Source: Hemiscyllium ocellatum
Taxonomy: Eukaryota
DNA length: 64,000 nucleotides
Direction: 5' to 3'
Assembly (NCBI RefSeq): GCF_020745735.1
Contig: NC_083435.1
Span: 48,484,498-48,548,497, forward strand
Notes under the pieces: model-generated
Seen by the model: only the letters and a program-made list of their open reading frames with translations
What the model was told of the DNA's origin: nothing
Database searches by the model: none
Position numbers and translations under genes: made by a program
Part shown: in pieces, positions 11,661 through 24,399 of the stretch
Layout: each line of letters opens with the position of its first letter
How positions within the stretch are numbered: position 1 is the stretch's first letter

Positions 11661-13104
11661 TAAGTTGCATGATCTCCTTTCAAACCTTCAGAACATATGA
11701 AACCAGAACAGATGACAGAATATTAAAGTCAGGAAATTCTGCAGCAGCAGTGACTTTGGGAGTCTCTGTCAATGGAAAATTGTACCATGAATGCTGCTCA
11801 CTGGATTGTTCTCACTGTTCTGGGATCTGGATATGGCTGACCAGTCAATGAGATGGTGACGTTGTTGTTCAACAGGTAAAACTAGAGAACAGATCAGCAG
11901 CAGATCAAACCAAGTCCAAATGTCTTTATGCCGCATCAGGAACGCCAATAATAGCAAGGATGGTGTGGAACACCTTCCCCACCTGCTGAGATGGTCGATG
12001 CATTTTTGCATGTGAGGTGATCTGTCCCTTTGGGCAGCTAACAAGCTCCTTGTTTGAAACTCTGGGCTGATGCATTCCCAGAGATGCTGCCTTATACTGT
12101 CTGAAAGCTCCTTTGGGAGATTGACTTAGCTTTGTGTCAAAACTCTGACAATGAACAAACTAATTACAGTAACATGTTTAATCCCAATTATGGAGGAGCA
12201 TTGCTGATTAGTATATCATAATGAAATAACAAAAAAACAGAATTTGGAATCTCCCAGCAACAATGCTGCCCACGCAAATACCATGAGCCCCATCACAAGA
12301 TCACAAATGATTTCAACCAATGCTACATCGAGCCAGTTTATTCCATGTGTGAAAACATGTCTCAGAGCTGTTCTTCTGTTCTCTAGGGTAGGAGCTGCCC
12401 TCTTTAAACAAGAGCATTTCACTCAGTGATTGAAATGTGATTCTTCTTACACACTGAATGTGTGCATTACTGCCGAGGTCAGCATTTATTCCCCATCCCT
12501 AATTGCCCAGGTTCTGGAGGCACATGAAGGGCTTTCCTGGAGGAAGGGGACTGAGTGAACAAGATGGGATTCCAACAATGGAGGTATCACTGATGTCACT
12601 CTTATTGTCATTCTCCATCCTTCCCAAAGGGCAACTAGGGATGAGTAATAAACACTGGCCCAGCCAGTGATGCCCACACTGGGAGTTCCATCTACCTTAT
12701 AGCCCCAGATCTGTATTCATCAGGATCATACCCATGTGTTGGGATATGTGCCTTTTCCAAACTACAATCATAACCACCGGTATCCCAAGATATATCAAGG
12801 TGAGTGCAGTTAGGACCATAGCTTGATGGGAGAGGATCTGAATTCATGGATGACAGGCTACGGGCATGTGATGGTATGGCCTGTTCCTTCACATTTACTT
12901 AAGAGTGGTCCCTGTCAATGTCCCCTCTCTCTCCACAGTATGTGGGAGGAAGATATGATAAGCCATCCAAATACATTTTTTATTATATAATTCCATTAAT
13001 TTGGACGTCATCCTAACTTTGTCACTCGGGATAATTGGAATCCCTAGCACTGAGAGTGCCCTTGCACCTGCCATTAAACCAGACCTTGGTGAGCTGCTGT
13101 AATT

Positions 13105-13410
13105 GGGGTGGATGGTAGCTCAGTGGTCAGCACTGCTGCCTCACAGCACCAGGGACACGGGGTCATTTCCAGCCTTGGGCGACTGTCTGTGTGGACTTTG
13201 CACATTCTCCCCGTGTCTGCATGGGTTTCCTCCCACAGGCCAAAGATGTGCAGGTTAGGTGAACTAGCCATTCTAAATTGCCAACAGTGATAGGTGCATT
13301 AGGGTAAATATAGGGTAGGGGAATGGGTCTGAGTGGGTTCCTTTTCAGAGTGTCGTTGTAGACTTGTTGGGTTGTAGAGCATGTTTCCATACTGTAGGGA
13401 ATGTAATTTA
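13105..13410 (+). mobile_element. HE1-type tRNA-derived SINE
   Basis: Head ggtagctcagtggtcagcactgctgcctcacagc, body tttgcacattctccccgtgtctgc, CR1-like tail gtttccatactgtagggaat. Confidence 0.85.
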
Positions 13411-13599
13411 AACTGACAGTGAGAGATATTGGGGTGGGTCTTCTCCTGGAAGAAATGTTTATGCTGTTTGTCACAAATTTGCTCTGGGGCTTTCCCTTGG
13501 CTGGCATGTCTGAACTACTCCCTCATCCTGTTCCTGCAGATACTGCACAGGGTGTCCCAGCAGTAATGACGGTGGACAACAAAACTGCATTCTGTGCAG

Positions 13600-13918
13600 T
13601 ATCTACAGCACAGAGACCCAGAGATGGAGAGCAGAAGAAAGTCTGTGATTTTGCTCCACCTCACCATCTCTTAGAGCTTCATCCTCCTGTTGTTCATCGA
13701 TGTTTTTAAGTTTCTTACATTATGTTATTCAAAGAGTCCATCCTGAAGATGACTCGCTTTTCCTGCATAACTTCACAAAACTTGGTTATATGCTGCAGAC
13801 CCTAAGTTGGTGCACAAACAAATTTATTTATGCAGCAACATTATCTCAGTTCAGAGTGAAGATCACTAACACAGCAAAGTCGGGACTTACACAAATTCCT
13901 TGCATAATGAATAAATAA
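13600..13918 (+). pseudogene. Second GPR139-like GPCR remnant (ICL3 to C-terminus)
   Basis: HRDPEMESRRKSVILL, then GYMLQTLSWCTNKFIYAATLSQFR, across frameshifts. Confidence 0.65.
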
Positions 13919-13980
13919 AGCTCCATCGTGAAGCCACAGGAGGGCCCTGTTATTCCAGACAGGAAACCATTTTTTCAAAT

Positions 13981-14420
13981 TCATTCATGGGATGTTGGCG
14001 TCACTGCCCAGGCCCAGTATTTCTTACCCATCACTAGTTGCCCCTTGAGAAGTTGGTGGTGATCTGCCTTCTTCAACCAGTATTGTCCATGTAGGTCACC
14101 CATAATGTTGTTAGGGAAGGAATTCCAGGAATTTGAAACAGGGATATATTTCCTCTTCAAGATGGTGAGAGGCTTGGAAGGCAATTTGCAAAGGGTGGTG
14201 TTCCTATGTATTTGTTGCCATTGTCCTAAATGGAAGTGGCTGTGGGTTTGGACGGTACTGTATGAGGATCTTTGGTGAATATCTGCACTGCATTTGTAGG
14301 TGGTACACACTGCTGCTACTGAGCATCTTTGGTGGAGAGAGTTGATATTTGTGGATGGGGTGCCAATCAAGCAGGTTGCTTTGTCCTGGATGGTGTCAAG
14401 TTTCTTGAGTGTTTATTAGA
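13981..14420 (-). mobile_element. L2/CR1-group LINE 3' fragment
   Basis: IGTPSTNINSLHQRCSVAAVCT..SWNSFPN..KKADHHQLLKGQ; same family as 38240-40300. Confidence 0.7.
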
Positions 14421-15169
14421 CCTACACTCATTCAGGCAAGTGGAGCATATTTCATCACATCCTACAGAGAGTCCTGATCCCTGCGCAGAGGGAGGGTTGA
14501 GCTGGGAACCTGCAGATTCCCCATCTTCGCACAATCCAAAGGAATTATCCAGGAAAGTGGAATTTCCTACTGGGTAAGTCCTATCATCTTGGAACCCTCT
14601 AAGTGTCCACCAAAAATCAAACTCTTAAGTGGATATTGATGCAGCTAAACAGACTAGTTAATCTGTAAATATTCCATATCAACCAACGCTATACTAATGT
14701 CCCAAATAGCTGCCTATGAGCTGTTTTGGAGTGAGAAATTGTGGCAGGTGATGACATGATATTATTAGAACCCATTCACCAAACAAATGGCTGCCTCTAC
14801 TTTTCATCATCAAGCTTCCAGTTTCTTTGGTCTGCTTATCCATTGCAGTCTCACCAGAAATTTCCTGCCATTGATTACGATGCAGAGATCGAACCTCTCT
14901 GTTAATTAAACCAAACACCCAGAGAGTCTTGGTTCACTCTGTAATCTGTTTAAATATTAGGGACAGAGAACTATGATGCAATTTGGAAAGATTTAGGAAG
15001 CGTAGATTGGGGGAGGAAACTGCAGGGTGAGACCATTAAAAATGTGGAGCTTATTCAAGGAAAAGCTGCAGTGCGTCCTAAATAAGTATGTACCTGTTAG
15101 ACTGGGCAGACGTTTTAGAACGCGTGAGCCATGGTTTACTAAGAAAGTAGAATCTATGGTCAAGAAGAA

Positions 15170-17195
15170 CATAGAACATAGAAAAATACAGCGCTGTACA
15201 GGCCCTTCGGCCCTCGATGTTGCGTCGATCCAAGCCCACCTAACCTACGCTAGCCTACTATCCTCCATATGCCTATCCAATGCCCGTTTAAATGCCCATA
15301 AAGAGGGAGAGTCCACCACTGCTACTGGCAGGGCATTCCATGAACTCACGAATCGCTGGGTAAAGAATCTACCCCTAACATCTGTGCTATACCTACCACC
15401 CCTTAATTTAAGGCTATGCCCCCTTGTAATATCTGACTCCATACGTGGAAAAAGGTTCTCATGGTCAACCCTATCTAAACCCTGAATCATCTTGTATACC
15501 TCTATCAAGTCACCCCTAAACCTTCTTTTCTCCAATGAAAACAGCCCCAAGTGCCTCAGCCTTTCCACATATGATCTTCCTACCATACCAGGCAACATCC
15601 TGATAAACCTCCTCTGCACCGTTCCAGTGCCTCCACATCCTTCCTATAGTGTGGCGACCAAAACTGCACACAATACTCCAGATGTAGCCGGACCAGAGTC
15701 TTATACAACTACAACCTGACCTCAGGACTCCGGAACTCAATTCCTCCACCAAGAAAAGTCAGTACGCTATATGCCTTCTTCACAGCACTATTTATCTGGG
15801 TGACAACTTTCAGAGATCTGTGTACATAGACAATAAGATCTCTCTGCTCATCCACACTACCAAGTATCCGACCATTAGCCCAGTACCCCATCTTCTTGTT
15901 ACTCTTACCAAAGTGAATCACTGCACACTTAGCTGCATTGAACTCCATTTGCCACCTTTGTGCCCAGCTCTGCAGCTTATCTGTATCCCACTGTAACCTG
16001 CCACATCCTTCCTCACTGTCAACAACTCCACCGACTTTTGTATCATCCGCGAACTTGCTCACCCAACCTTCTAGCCCCTTCTCCAGGTCATTTATAAAAA
16101 TGACAAACAGCAATGGTCTCAAAACAGATCCTTGCGGAACACCGCTGGTAACTACACTCCAAGATGAACCTTTACCATCAACTACTACCCTCTGTCTTCT
16201 TCCTGCCAGCCAATTCCTAATCCAAACCTCCAACTGACCCTCAATACCATACCTCTGTATTTTTTGCAGTAGCCTACCATGGGGAACCTTATCAAATGCC
16301 TTGCTAAAATCCATATACACCACATCTACTGCTTTACCCTCATCCACCTCCTTAGTCACCTTCTCAAAGAATCAATAAGGTTTGTGAGGCACGACCTGCC
16401 CTTCACAAAACCATGCTGACTATCCTTGATCACGTTATTCCTATCCAGATGTTCATAAATCCTATCCCTTACAATTCATTCTAAGACTTTGCCCACAACA
16501 GAGGTAAGACTCACTGGCCTATAGTTACTAGGGTTATCCCTACTCCCCTTCTTGAACAAGGGAACCACATTTGCTATCCTCCAGTCTTCTGGCACTATTC
16601 CTGTAGACAACTAGGACATAAAAATCAAGGCCAATGGCTCTGCAATGTCTTCCCTTGCTTCCCAGAGAATCCTAGGATAAATGTCATCAGGCCCAGGGGA
16701 CTTATCTATTTTCACCCTTTCCAGAATTTCCAGCACCTCTTCCCTACATGCCTCAAAGCCATCCATTCTAATTAATTGTGACTCAATATTCACATCGGCA
16801 ACAATGTCCTGTTCCTGAGTGAATACTGACGAAAAGTATTCATTCAGTGTCTCCCCAATTTCTTCAGCCTCCACACGCAACTTCCCACTACTATCCTTGG
16901 CTGGACCTATTCCTACCCTAGTCATTCTTTTATTCCTGACATACCTATAGAAAGCCTTTGGGTTTTCCCTAATCCTACCAATCAAGGACTTTTCTTGCTG
17001 CTCCTCCACTTGTCCCCTCTTTGCTGCTCTTAGCTCTCTCTTTAGATCCTTCCTGGCTACCTTATAACTCTCAATCGCCCCAATGGAACCTTCACGCCTC
17101 ATCTTTACATAGGCCGCCCTCTTCCCTTTAACAAGGGATTCCAATTCCTTATGAAACCACGGCTCCCTCACACGACCCTTTCCTCCCTGCCTGAC
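15170..17195 (-). mobile_element. 5'-truncated CR1 inserted into the older CR1
   Basis: catagaacatagaa tail; RT pieces 15245-15619, 15709-16359 (YMDFSKAFD, FADD) and 16611-17195; AGAAGAA duplicated at 15163-15169 and 17196-17202. Confidence 0.9.
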
Positions 17196-17478
17196 AGAAG
17201 AAGGCTTATGATAAGGCAAAATGTGAAAACTCAGATAGGGTGCTTGAGGGTTCCAGGGAAGTCCTAATCCTAAGTCTTTCCATAGGTATGACAGGAATAA
17301 AAGAATGACGAGAGTTAAATTAGGGCCAATCAAGGATAGTAGTGGGAAGTTGTGTGTGGAGGCAGAGGAGATAGGGGAAACATTAAATAAATATTTTTCA
17401 CCAGGGGTCAACATGGAAAATGACAGTGTTGGCGAGGAAGATACAGAGATACTTTCACCGAGACGAGAAGAGATTGAG

Positions 17479-18385
17479 AAATTGAGGACAGCAGATGCTG
17501 GAGATCAGAGCTGAAAATGTGTTGCTGGAAAAGCGCAGCATGTCAGGCAGCATCCAAGGAGCAGGAGAATCGACGTTTTGGGCATGAGTCCTTCTTCAGG
17601 AATGAGGAAAGTGTGCCAAGCAGGCTAAGATAAAAGGTAGGGAGGAGGCACAAGAGGGAGGGGCGTTGGAAGTGCGATAGGTGGAAGGAGGTTAAGGTGA
17701 GGGTGATAGGCCGGAGTGGGAGTGGGGGCAGAGAGGTCAGGAAGAAGGTTGCAGGTTAGGAAGGTGGCTAGGAAGAACTGTTTGTTTTGTGTATGGATTC
17801 TTCTGTGGATGAAGAACAGTAGAGGTCCTTTGCAGGTCTGTGAGAGTGTTGTCCTGAGCTGGGGTAGGGCTAATTGCCAATGGAACCGACTGACCCCGCA
17901 CGGACTCCGGACTACGTTCAGACCAGCAACATTTGGACCCAACCAGGACAACCAGTACCTAAAACAAATCCGAAGCCTCCAGCAACAGACCTCCCTCCGG
18001 ATCCTCTGCTCCACGCTTGCAGCCATGCGCCGCTACCTACATTTCCTACAGTCAGCCCTGCCCCAGCTCAGGACAACACTCTCACAGACCTGCAAAGGAC
18101 CTCTACACTTCTTCATCCACAGAAGAATCCATACACTAAACAAACAGTTCTTCCTAGCCATATCGGAAATTAACGACCCTCGAACTCAGCACCACCTTCC
18201 TAACATGCAATCTTCTTCCTGACCTCTCCTCCCCCACCCCACTCCGGTCTACCACCCTCACCTTAACCTCCTTCCACCTATCACACCTCCAACCAAGTCC
18301 CTCCTCCCTATCTTTTATCTTAGCCTGCTTGGCACACTCTCTTCATTCCTGAAGAAGGGCTCATGCCTGAAACATTGATTCTCCT
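17479..18385. mobile_element. Palindromic non-autonomous PLE derivative with a 14-bp TSD
   Basis: GAGAAGAGATTGAG at 17465-17478 and 18386-18399; arms about 17575-17872 and 18053-18385 are inverted; centre encodes a homolog of the PLE N-terminal region. Confidence 0.85.
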
Positions 18386-18905
18386 GAGAAGAGATTGAGG
18401 TTCATAAGGAAGAGGTATTGGAATTATTACAGAACGTGAAGATAGACAAGTCCTTTGTGCCAGATGGGTTCTATCCTAGGATCCTCTGGGAAGCAAGGGA
18501 AGAGATTGCTGAGCCTTTGGCATTGATCTTCAAATCATCATTATCAACAGGAATAGTGCCTGAGGCCTCCATCCCAAATTACGACACCAGCGTGCCTTGC
18601 GGACCCTGAGGGAATGATCAGGGAAGTGTGTCTGTACCTCCCTACCTTCTGCACCTTGTACCACAAGGTAGTGCTCCCTCATACCTCAGAAAGCACCACT
18701 CCATTGTGTTTACCCACAATGCCCCTCAGACAGTACCTCCACAAAACATTCACACCCTCAACACCTCAGAACACAGCCCAGCCCAACTCTCAGACTGCGT
18801 TCATCCACAAACCCCTTCAGACTGTAAGGATCCACATCCACCGCCGTCCAAGGTTGGAGCCCTGGTCCTCAGAACATTATTGGGTCTCTGGATTAATCGC
18901 AGAAT

Positions 18906-19125
18906 TCCTACAGTGTAAAACCATTCGGCCCATCAGGTCTTCACCGACTGTCTGAGAAGCATCCCACCCACACTCAAACTCTCTATTCTATCCCGGTAAT
19001 TCTGCATTTCCCATGGCCACCCACCTAAACTGTACATCTTTGGATTGTGGGTAGAAACTGGAGCACTTGGAGGAAACTCGCAGATACAGGGAGAATGTGT
19101 AAACTTCACACAGACAGTGGCCGGG
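18906..19125 (-). mobile_element. HE1-type SINE, 5'-truncated
   Basis: gcagatacagggagaatgtgtaaacttcacacagacag and the tail cctacagtgtaaaaccattcggccc are reverse complements of the HE1 body and tail. Confidence 0.75.
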
Positions 19126-19964
19126 AGCTAGAATCAAAGTTGCATCCTTGGTATATCCCATGCTCCTTCTTGAATAACAATACCACATGGTCAGTCCGAG
19201 GACACCTCTCCTGTGGCCAGAGGGGATTTGAAAATATTTGCAAGAGTACCTGTACTTCCTCCATCACCTCATTCGGTAAACTGAGATACATTTCCACCGT
19301 CTTTGGAGATTTAACGGGTTTTAAGAAGATCAGACTACTCAGAACCATCTCTCTCTATAAATATGCTAATTCATTTAATTGTATCACAGAGCATCTCCAC
19401 GATTTCATATCACCCCTGTCCCAATGAGCACTGACAAAATGCATCCATTCACTACACCCTCTGGGTCCATGCACAAACTCTCACTGTGTTCCCCATCCTA
19501 CTGTTTCTATCATTATCAATTCACCCTTAATGTCACTGTAAAGTCCTTTCAGATTTTTATTTCCTCCCTTAGCACTCCTCTCTCCCAGGCAATTAGCCTC
19601 TGAAACGATTTGGAGGAGTGTGGGATGTCAGTCTGGATGTGGATTAGCATTGGGAAGCTCAGAAATAATGAACACATGACTCTGCTGAGTGTGGGGCAGT
19701 GGGATTCATTCGGGATGAGCACACGGAAGCTGAGGAATAAACCTCTGCCCTGCAGCATGAAAATATCCCTTTGAGCTGACAGGTCAGTCATGTGAAACAA
19801 AACTCCAACCCTGGGAAAAGAGGGTGGAACCTCTTCAGGTTCAATAACCAAATGAAGACGGTCTATTTGAACAGTCTCTGGAATCTGGACGCGGGAATCA
19901 TTGCTGAGCAGGGACAGAGGCAGAAAGGTACTGAACAATTTCAGATATTCCTCTTAGACCACAA

Positions 19965-22900
19965 GACAGTACTGTGCTCAGTCAGTACTGACCCTCTGAC
20001 AGTGCAGCATTCCCACAGTACTGATCCTTCGACAGTGCGGCACACCCGCAGTGCTGACTCTCTGACAGTGCAGCCCTCTCATAAAACTGACCCTCTGACA
20101 GTCCATCACTCCCTCAGAACTGACCCTATGACATTGCAGTGCTTCCTCCGTCCTGACCCTCTGACAATGCATCTCTCCCTCAAACTGACCCTCTGACAGT
20201 GCGGCACTCCCTCAGCACTGACCCTCCGATAGTGCAACACTCCCTCTGTACTGACCCTCTGACAGTGCAACACTCCCTCTGTACTGACCCTCTGACGGTG
20301 CGACAATCTCCCAGTACTGACCCTCTGACATTGCAATGCTTCCTCCGTCCTGACCCTCAGACAATGCTGCACTCCCTCCATACTGATCCACTGACAGTGC
20401 TGCACTCCATCTGTTCTGACACTCTGACATTGCAGCACTCCCTCAGAACTGACACGCTGACAGTGCAGCACTCCCTTGGTCCTGCACCCCTGACGGTGCG
20501 GCTCTGCCTTAGTACTGCCCCTCTGACTTTGCAGCACTCCCTCAGTACTGACCCTCCAACAGTGCAGCACTCTCTCAGTATTGACCCTCTGACAGTGTAG
20601 CTCTCCCTCTGTACTGACCTTCTGACATTACAGCACTCCCTTAGTACTAACCCTCTGACAATGTAGCTCTCCCTCAGTACTGACCCTCTGACAATGCAGT
20701 GCACCCTCAGTACTGACCCTCTGACAGTGCAGCACTCCCTCAGTACTGACCCTCTGACAGTGCGGCGCTCCTTCAGTACTGACCTTCTGACAGTGCAGTA
20801 CTCTCTCAGTACTGACCCTCTGACAGTGCAGCACTCCCTCAGCACTGATCCTCTGACAGTGCAGCACTCGCTCAGTACTGACTCTCTGACATGCGGCACT
20901 CCCTCAGTACTGGCCCTCCAATAGTGCAACACTCCCTCTGTACTGACCCTCTGACAGTGCAGCACTCCCTCTGTACTGACCCTCTGATATTGCAGTGCTT
21001 CCTCCGTCCTGACCCTCAGACAATGCTGCACCCCCTCCATACTGACACTCTGACAGTGCAGCACTCCCTCAGAACTGACATGCTGACAGTGCAGCACTCC
21101 CTTGGTCCTGCACCCCTGACAGTGCGGCACTCCCTTAGTGCTGACCCTCTGACTTTGCAGCACTCCCTCAGTACTGATCCTCTGACAGTACAGCACTCCC
21201 TCAGTACTGCCCCTCTGACAGTGCAGCACTCCCTCAGTAATGACCTTCTGACAGTACAGCACTCCCTTAGTACTAACCCTCTGACAATGTAGCTCTCCCT
21301 CAGTACTGACATTCTGACAATACAGTGCACCCTCAGTACTGACCCTCTGACAGTGCGGCGCTCCTTCAGTACTGACCTTCTGACAGTGCAGTACTCTCTC
21401 AGTACTGACCCTCTGACAGTGCAGCACTCCCTCAGCGCTGACCCTCTGGCAGTCCAGCACTCCCTCAGCACTGATCCTCGGACAGTGCAGCACTCGCTAA
21501 GTACTGACTCTCTGATATGCGGCACTCCCTCAGTACTGGCCCTCCAATAGTGCAACACTCCCTCAGTACTGACCCTCTGACAGTGCAGCACTCCCTCAGA
21601 GCTGACCCTCTGGCAGTGCAGCCCTCCCTCAGTACTGAACCTCTGACAATCCAGCACTCCCTCAGCACTGATCCTCTGACAGTGCACCACTCGCTCTGTA
21701 CTGAATCTCTGACATGTGGCACTCCCTCTGTACTGACCCTCTGACAGTGCGACATTCCCCCAGTACTGACCCTCTGACATTGCAGTGCTCCCTCCGTCCT
21801 GACCAGCAGACAATGCTGCACTCCCTCCATACTGATCCACTGACAGTGCTGCACTCCGTCAGTTCTGACACTCTGACAGTACAGCACTCCCTCAGAACTG
21901 ACATGCTGACAGTGCAGCACTCCCTTGGTCCTGCACCCCCGACAGTGCAGCACTCCCTTAGTGCTGACCCTCTGACTTTGCAGCACTCCCTCAGTACTGA
22001 TCCTCAGACAGTGCAGCCCTCCCTGAGTACTGAACCTCTGACAATGCAGCACTCCCTCAGTACTGACCCTCTGACAGTGCAGCACTCCCTCAGCACTGAC
22101 CTTCTGACAGTGCAGCCTTCCCTGAGTACTGAACCTCTGACATTGCAGCACTCCCTCAGTACTGATCCTCTGACAGTGCAGCACTCACTGAGTACTGACC
22201 CTCTGAGAGTGCAGCCCTCCATCAGTACTGACCCTCTGACAGTGCAGCACTCCCTCAGTACTGGCCCTCAGACAGTGCAGCACTCCCTCAGTACTGACCA
22301 TCTGACAGTGCAGCGCTCCCTCAGTACTGACCCTCTGACAGTGCAGCGTTCCCGCAGTACTGACCCTCTGACAGTACGGCACTCCCTCAGTACTGACCCT
22401 CTGACTGTGCACCGTTCCCGCAGTACTGACCCTCTGACAGTTTTGCATTCCTTGAGGACTGAACCTCTGACAGTGCGACACTCCCTCAGTACTGACTCTC
22501 TGACAGTGCGACACTCCCTCAGTACTGACCCTCTGACAGTGTGGCACTTCGATGACCCTCTAATGGGGCTGCATTCCCTCGGGCCTGCCCCTCCTACAAC
22601 GCAGCACTCCCTCAGTCCTGACCCTCTGACACTGCAGTGCTCCCTTAGTACTGACCCTCTGATACTGCAGCATTCCCTCAGTACTGACCATCCGACAGAG
22701 CAGAACTCCCTCGGTGCTGATCCTCTGACAGTGTGGCACTCAATCCTGCACCTCTGATAGTGCAGCAATGTCTCAGTATTGACTCTCTGACAGGGTAGTG
22801 TTATCTCAGTACTGACCCTCTGATGGTGCAGTGCTCTCTCAGTACAGATCCTTTGACGGTGTAGCATTCCCTCTGGACTGAACATCTGACAGTGCACTGC

Positions 22901-23240
22901 TCCTTACTGCTGACCATTTGACAGTATAGCACACCTCAGTACTGACCCTCTGGCAATGCAGCAGGCCATCAATACTGACCCTCTGTCACACAGCACGGTG
23001 CTCCCTCAGTACTAACCCCTGCACAGCGCGGTGTTCTCTCAGGACTGACTGTGACACACAGCGCGGTGCTCACTCAGTACCGACTGTCTCACTACACAGC
23101 ACTCCCACAGTACTAACCCTCTCACAGTGCGGCACTCTGACAGCATGCTGATCCCTTAGTACTGACCCTCAGAGAGTGAGCAATTCCTCACTACTGACCA
23201 TCTCACTACACAGCACTCCCATAGTACTGAACCTCCAACA
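19965..23240. repeat. 33-bp minisatellite, about 3.3 kb
   Basis: Consensus cagtactgaccctctgacagtgcagcactccct; it produces the many STDPLTVQHSL and HCQRVSTEGVL ORFs in the track. Confidence 0.97.
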
Positions 23241-23499
23241 GGTGATAAACTCGCCTTTCCTTGTTAAGCACCGAGGTTGAGCTGGGAAGTTCGGTTAGAA
23301 ATGTCGAAAACATTGGCTAGGGGACAGCTAGCTTGTTGTCTGCATTTCTAGAATCCACATTTAAGGAGGGATATGTTAGTACTCAAGACTTGGAAAGATG
23401 TTTTCTGAGCTGGAGAGTTTCAGTTATGAAGAGCGACTGGAAAGATTGGGTCGTTTTCCTTAGACCAGAGAGATTGAGAGAGGAGTCACAGGTAGATAG

Positions 23500-24235
23500 G
23501 ATAGTGACGAAGGCACTTGATATGCTTTCCCTTATTAGTCAGATCATTGAGTAAAGGAGTTTGGAGGTCATGTTGTGGCTGTACCGGACATTGGTTAGGC
23601 CACCTTTGGAGTATTGTGTGCAATTCTGCTCTGACTCCTATAGAAACGTTATTGTGAAATTTGAAAGGGTTCAGAAAAGATTTACAAGGATGTTGCCAGA
23701 GTTGGAGGGTTTGAACTACAGGAAAGGCTGGATAGGCTGGAACTGTCTTCCCTGGAGTGTCGAAGGCTGAGGAGTGACCTTTAAGAGGTTTATAAAATCA
23801 TGGATGCATGGATAGGGTAAATAGACAAGGTCTTTTCCCTGGGGTGGGGGAGTCCAGAACTAGAGGGCATAGGTTTAGGGTGAGAGGGGGAAGACTTACA
23901 AGGGTTCTAAGGGGCAAGTTTTTCATGCAACAGGCAGTGCATGTATGCAAGAGGAAGTGCAGGCCAGTACAAGGCTAGTAACAGATAAAAGGCATCGGGA
24001 GGGGTAGAAGAAAACTCCACAACCACCTGATGAAGGAGCAGTGTTCGGAAAGCTAGTGGTTCCAAATAAACCTGTTGGATTATAACTTGGTGTTGGGTGA
24101 GTTTTAATTTGAACTGGAAGGGATTAGAGGGCCAAGTGCTGGTAAATGGGACGCGGTTAATTTTGGATATCTGGTTGGCATGGACGAGTTGGGCTGAAGG
24201 ATCTGTTTCTGTGTTGTACATCTGTTTGACTCGAT
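23500..24235 (+). mobile_element. CR1 3' fragment interrupted by a family-B PLE tail (about 24010-24110)
   Basis: LYRTLVRPPLEYCVQF..RVQKRFTRMLP; 3' end tctgtttctgtgttgtacatctg. Confidence 0.8.
24021..24061 (+). ncRNA. Minimal type I hammerhead ribozyme motif (PLE family B)
   Basis: AACCAC-CTGATGA-A-GGAGC-agt-GTTCG-GAAA-GCTA-GTGGTT: conserved core, 6-bp stem I, palindromic AGCT stem III; the first stem II pair is mismatched. Confidence 0.6.
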
Positions 24236-24399
24236 GGCATCACTGAGATGTACAAAATAATGAGAGGTGTTGATTGGGGAGACAGTAAGGAAATATTCCC
24301 CTTGATGGAGGAACCACTTCAGACAAATGTTGTAAAGACTGGAAGGCAGTGCAGATACTTAAGGTAAGGGGCAGGAGACTTAAAGGGAATGTCAGTGAT

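Larger units (their letters stand above)
14960..18560 (+). mobile_element. Older CR1 fragment split by two later insertions (15170-17195 and 17479-18385)
   Basis: Reads continuously across the insertions: REPWFTKKVESMVKK | KAYDK..MTRVKLGPIKDSSGKL..EEIE | VHKEEVLELLQNVKIDKS..RILWEAREEIAEPL. Confidence 0.8.

Noticed and set aside
19965-23240. Repeat ORFs as real genes, or the array as CRISPR or an RSS array
   Set aside because: Units are directly adjacent with no unique spacers and no cas genes, in a eukaryotic context. The ORFs follow from the 33-bp period. CACTGTC/GACAGTG deviates from the RSS heptamer and no nonamer follows.
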